Of a DNA stretch of 64,000 nucleotides, positions 62,180-64,000 are shown in pieces (position 1 is the first letter of the stretch; every line of letters begins with the position of its first letter). Both the position numbers and the translations under genes were made by a program. The notes under the pieces were generated by a model, which did not search any database, was not told the origin of the DNA, and saw only the letters and a list, made by a program, of their open reading frames with translations. Origin of the DNA: Octopus sinensis (taxonomy: Eukaryota). Where the stretch lies: the NCBI RefSeq assembly GCF_006345805.1, contig NW_021833065.1:186001-250000 (forward strand). The letters are read 5' to 3'.

Positions 62180-62500
62180 GTCACAAATATACGAGGAGTG
62201 AGCTTATAATCCTTAATAGGGTTACAAACAATTTGTTGCAAAGAGCAAGAGATACTAATATGAATCGTATATCCAATAATGATGTATGAATGCTAAAACA
62301 GGACAGTTTAACTTAAGATAGAAGAAAAATTGATGTATTCGAAATGTGATGCTGGAGAAAAACAATTTTGTGGACGGAAAGAACACAGATCACTATGACA
62401 GCAAATGTAACTTAAGAATACTGTGGAAGCGTTGATTGCCAAGAGGAGGGAAAGCCCTGGATACGAGCGTTATTGGCGAAGTGGCGAGCGGAATGATATC
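62180..62500 (+). mobile_element. degenerate RTE (Bov-B-like) ORF tail remnant
   Basis: RRKIDVFEM*CWRK resembles RRIDAFExWCWRR. Confidence 0.55.
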
Positions 62501-62914
62501 TATGAATCAACTCTTGATGTGTGTGAGGTACCTGTTGAAATCGTAAGTAGTCGAGCATAGGCTACCAACTGGTGACAGGTTTTCACTGTATTGAATCCCA
62601 CTTACAAAAGGATTTAGTCAAACTCAATGCTACGGTAGAATTGTTACAGATAGAATGGAACCTGGAACATTTCTTGTCTTAATTATTCGTTCAGTTTACT
62701 TACGGATTTAATGTGAAATAAAATATTGTTTTTTCAATATCATGTATTAAGAACATGAGCATTCTAAAGTGCTTTTTCAAGTCTTCGTATAAATCAAAAA
62801 GTAAAATAATATATAAATAAATAGTTGAAAATGGTAAAATTAAGCATGTTTTTTAATTCGTTTTTTTTTTCCTTGTGGTCAGCGATCTTATATCTTTAAG
62901 ACTATTCTTTTTAT

Positions 62915-63245
62915 TTATCTTTAACTTTTACTTGTTTGTCATTAGGAGATGTCTATGCTAGGGTTCCCCTTTGAACTTCCTAGTACTTTAAAAAAAAAAA
63001 CTTGGTACTTGTTCTATTGGTCTCTTGCAGAACAGTCACATTACAGGGGATGTAAACAAACGAACACTGGTTATCAGGTGGTAAGATGGGGACGAACACA
63101 AGCACAAAAGCACTCACACATATACATGATAAACTTCTTTCAGTTTCCGTCTACCAAATCTGCTCACAAGGCTTTGGTCAGTTCGAAGCTATAGCAGATG
63201 CTTGCCCAAGGTTTCATACAGTGAGACTGAAACCATAGCCATGTA
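62915..63245 (-). mobile_element. SINE family B
   Basis: CTTCTTTCAGTTTCCGTCTACCAAATC...CTTGCCCAAGG. Confidence 0.8.
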
Positions 63246-63660
63246 TTTTTATGTTCCACAATCATTTTAAAGGGCTGAAACTTGGTTACAAATCACAAAA
63301 TTGAGAATGGATGTAGTGTTCAGTAGATTTTTAGAAAATATTAAGAATAAGGAAACTTGAAAGAATTTCTTATACTGGATTAGGTTTAAAAAAGCAGTGG
63401 TTGTCCAAATATGACTTTCTAAACAAGATCAAGTGCTTAATGGTGAAAATAGTCTAATATTGTCCTTTAGATAGGTTTCTGACATTTTCATATTTCTACT
63501 GCTCATTTGCCATCTAGAACCTAAAATAGCTATTTTAGTTAAATGCAATGAAGTGTAATTTAATGTGGGAATCAGTTCATTTAGTTTCTCTTTTTTGCCA
63601 AGACAGTCTGTTTTTTTTTTTTTTTTTTGCTTTTTTAGATGTATTGCTTCTTGGTTTACT

Positions 63661-64000
63661 TAGGCATGGCTGTATGGTTAAGAAGCTTGCTTTGCAACCA
63701 TATGATTTTGGGGCAAATTCATTTTGCTATAGTGCTAGACCAACCAATACCTTGTGAGTGAAATTAGTAGATGGAAACTGAAAGCCCATTGTGTGTGTGT
63801 CTTTTATGTTTGTCTCCTGTTCCTTCAACTGCGTGACAGCCCATGTTGGCTTTTTTGCATCCCCATAAAATTGGCAGTTCATCAAAAAAGACCTGTAGAA
63901 TAAATACCATACCATCATCATCCATCCATTTTCCATTCTGGTGTGGGTTGACCAGAGCTGGCATGCTGGAGAGGTGCAGGTTCCAGTCTGATTTGGCTTG
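63661..64000. mobile_element. mixed SINE family B pieces and an RTE 3'-end fragment
   Basis: GGCATGGCTGTATGGTTAAGAAG head; CATCATCATCCATCCATTTTCCAT tail-like segment. Confidence 0.65.

Overview
AT-rich, CpG-depleted, repeat-dense animal DNA, most likely an octopus (coleoid cephalopod). That assignment rests on recognising the tRNA-derived SINE families, the RTE LINEs with (GAT)n tails and the microsatellite load, not on a database search. There are no prokaryotic-type genes, CRISPR arrays or rRNA, and almost all track ORFs are chance, microsatellite or transposon frames. Well supported: two SINE families; RTE and CR1/L2-type LINE fragments; a head-to-tail Helitron pair (23494-24516); a composite Helitron carrying a 160-bp tandem array and a Pif1-like helicase fragment (39323-41599); piggyBac-type and Ginger-like MITEs; a Tc1 remnant; a perfect 121-bp-arm palindrome (48376-48640); and one convincing host first coding exon (60159-60545) in a CpG-retaining zone. 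The non-repeat DNA looks like large + strand intron(s). The most interesting, unproven signal is a dispersed set of candidate microexons (2-15 nt) and short alternative terminal exons (one ending -SKL*), next to strong dsRNA-forming inverted repeats, plus a possible nested antisense first exon at about 34.5 kb. All exon calls other than 60159-60545 are motif-based and need RNA-seq.
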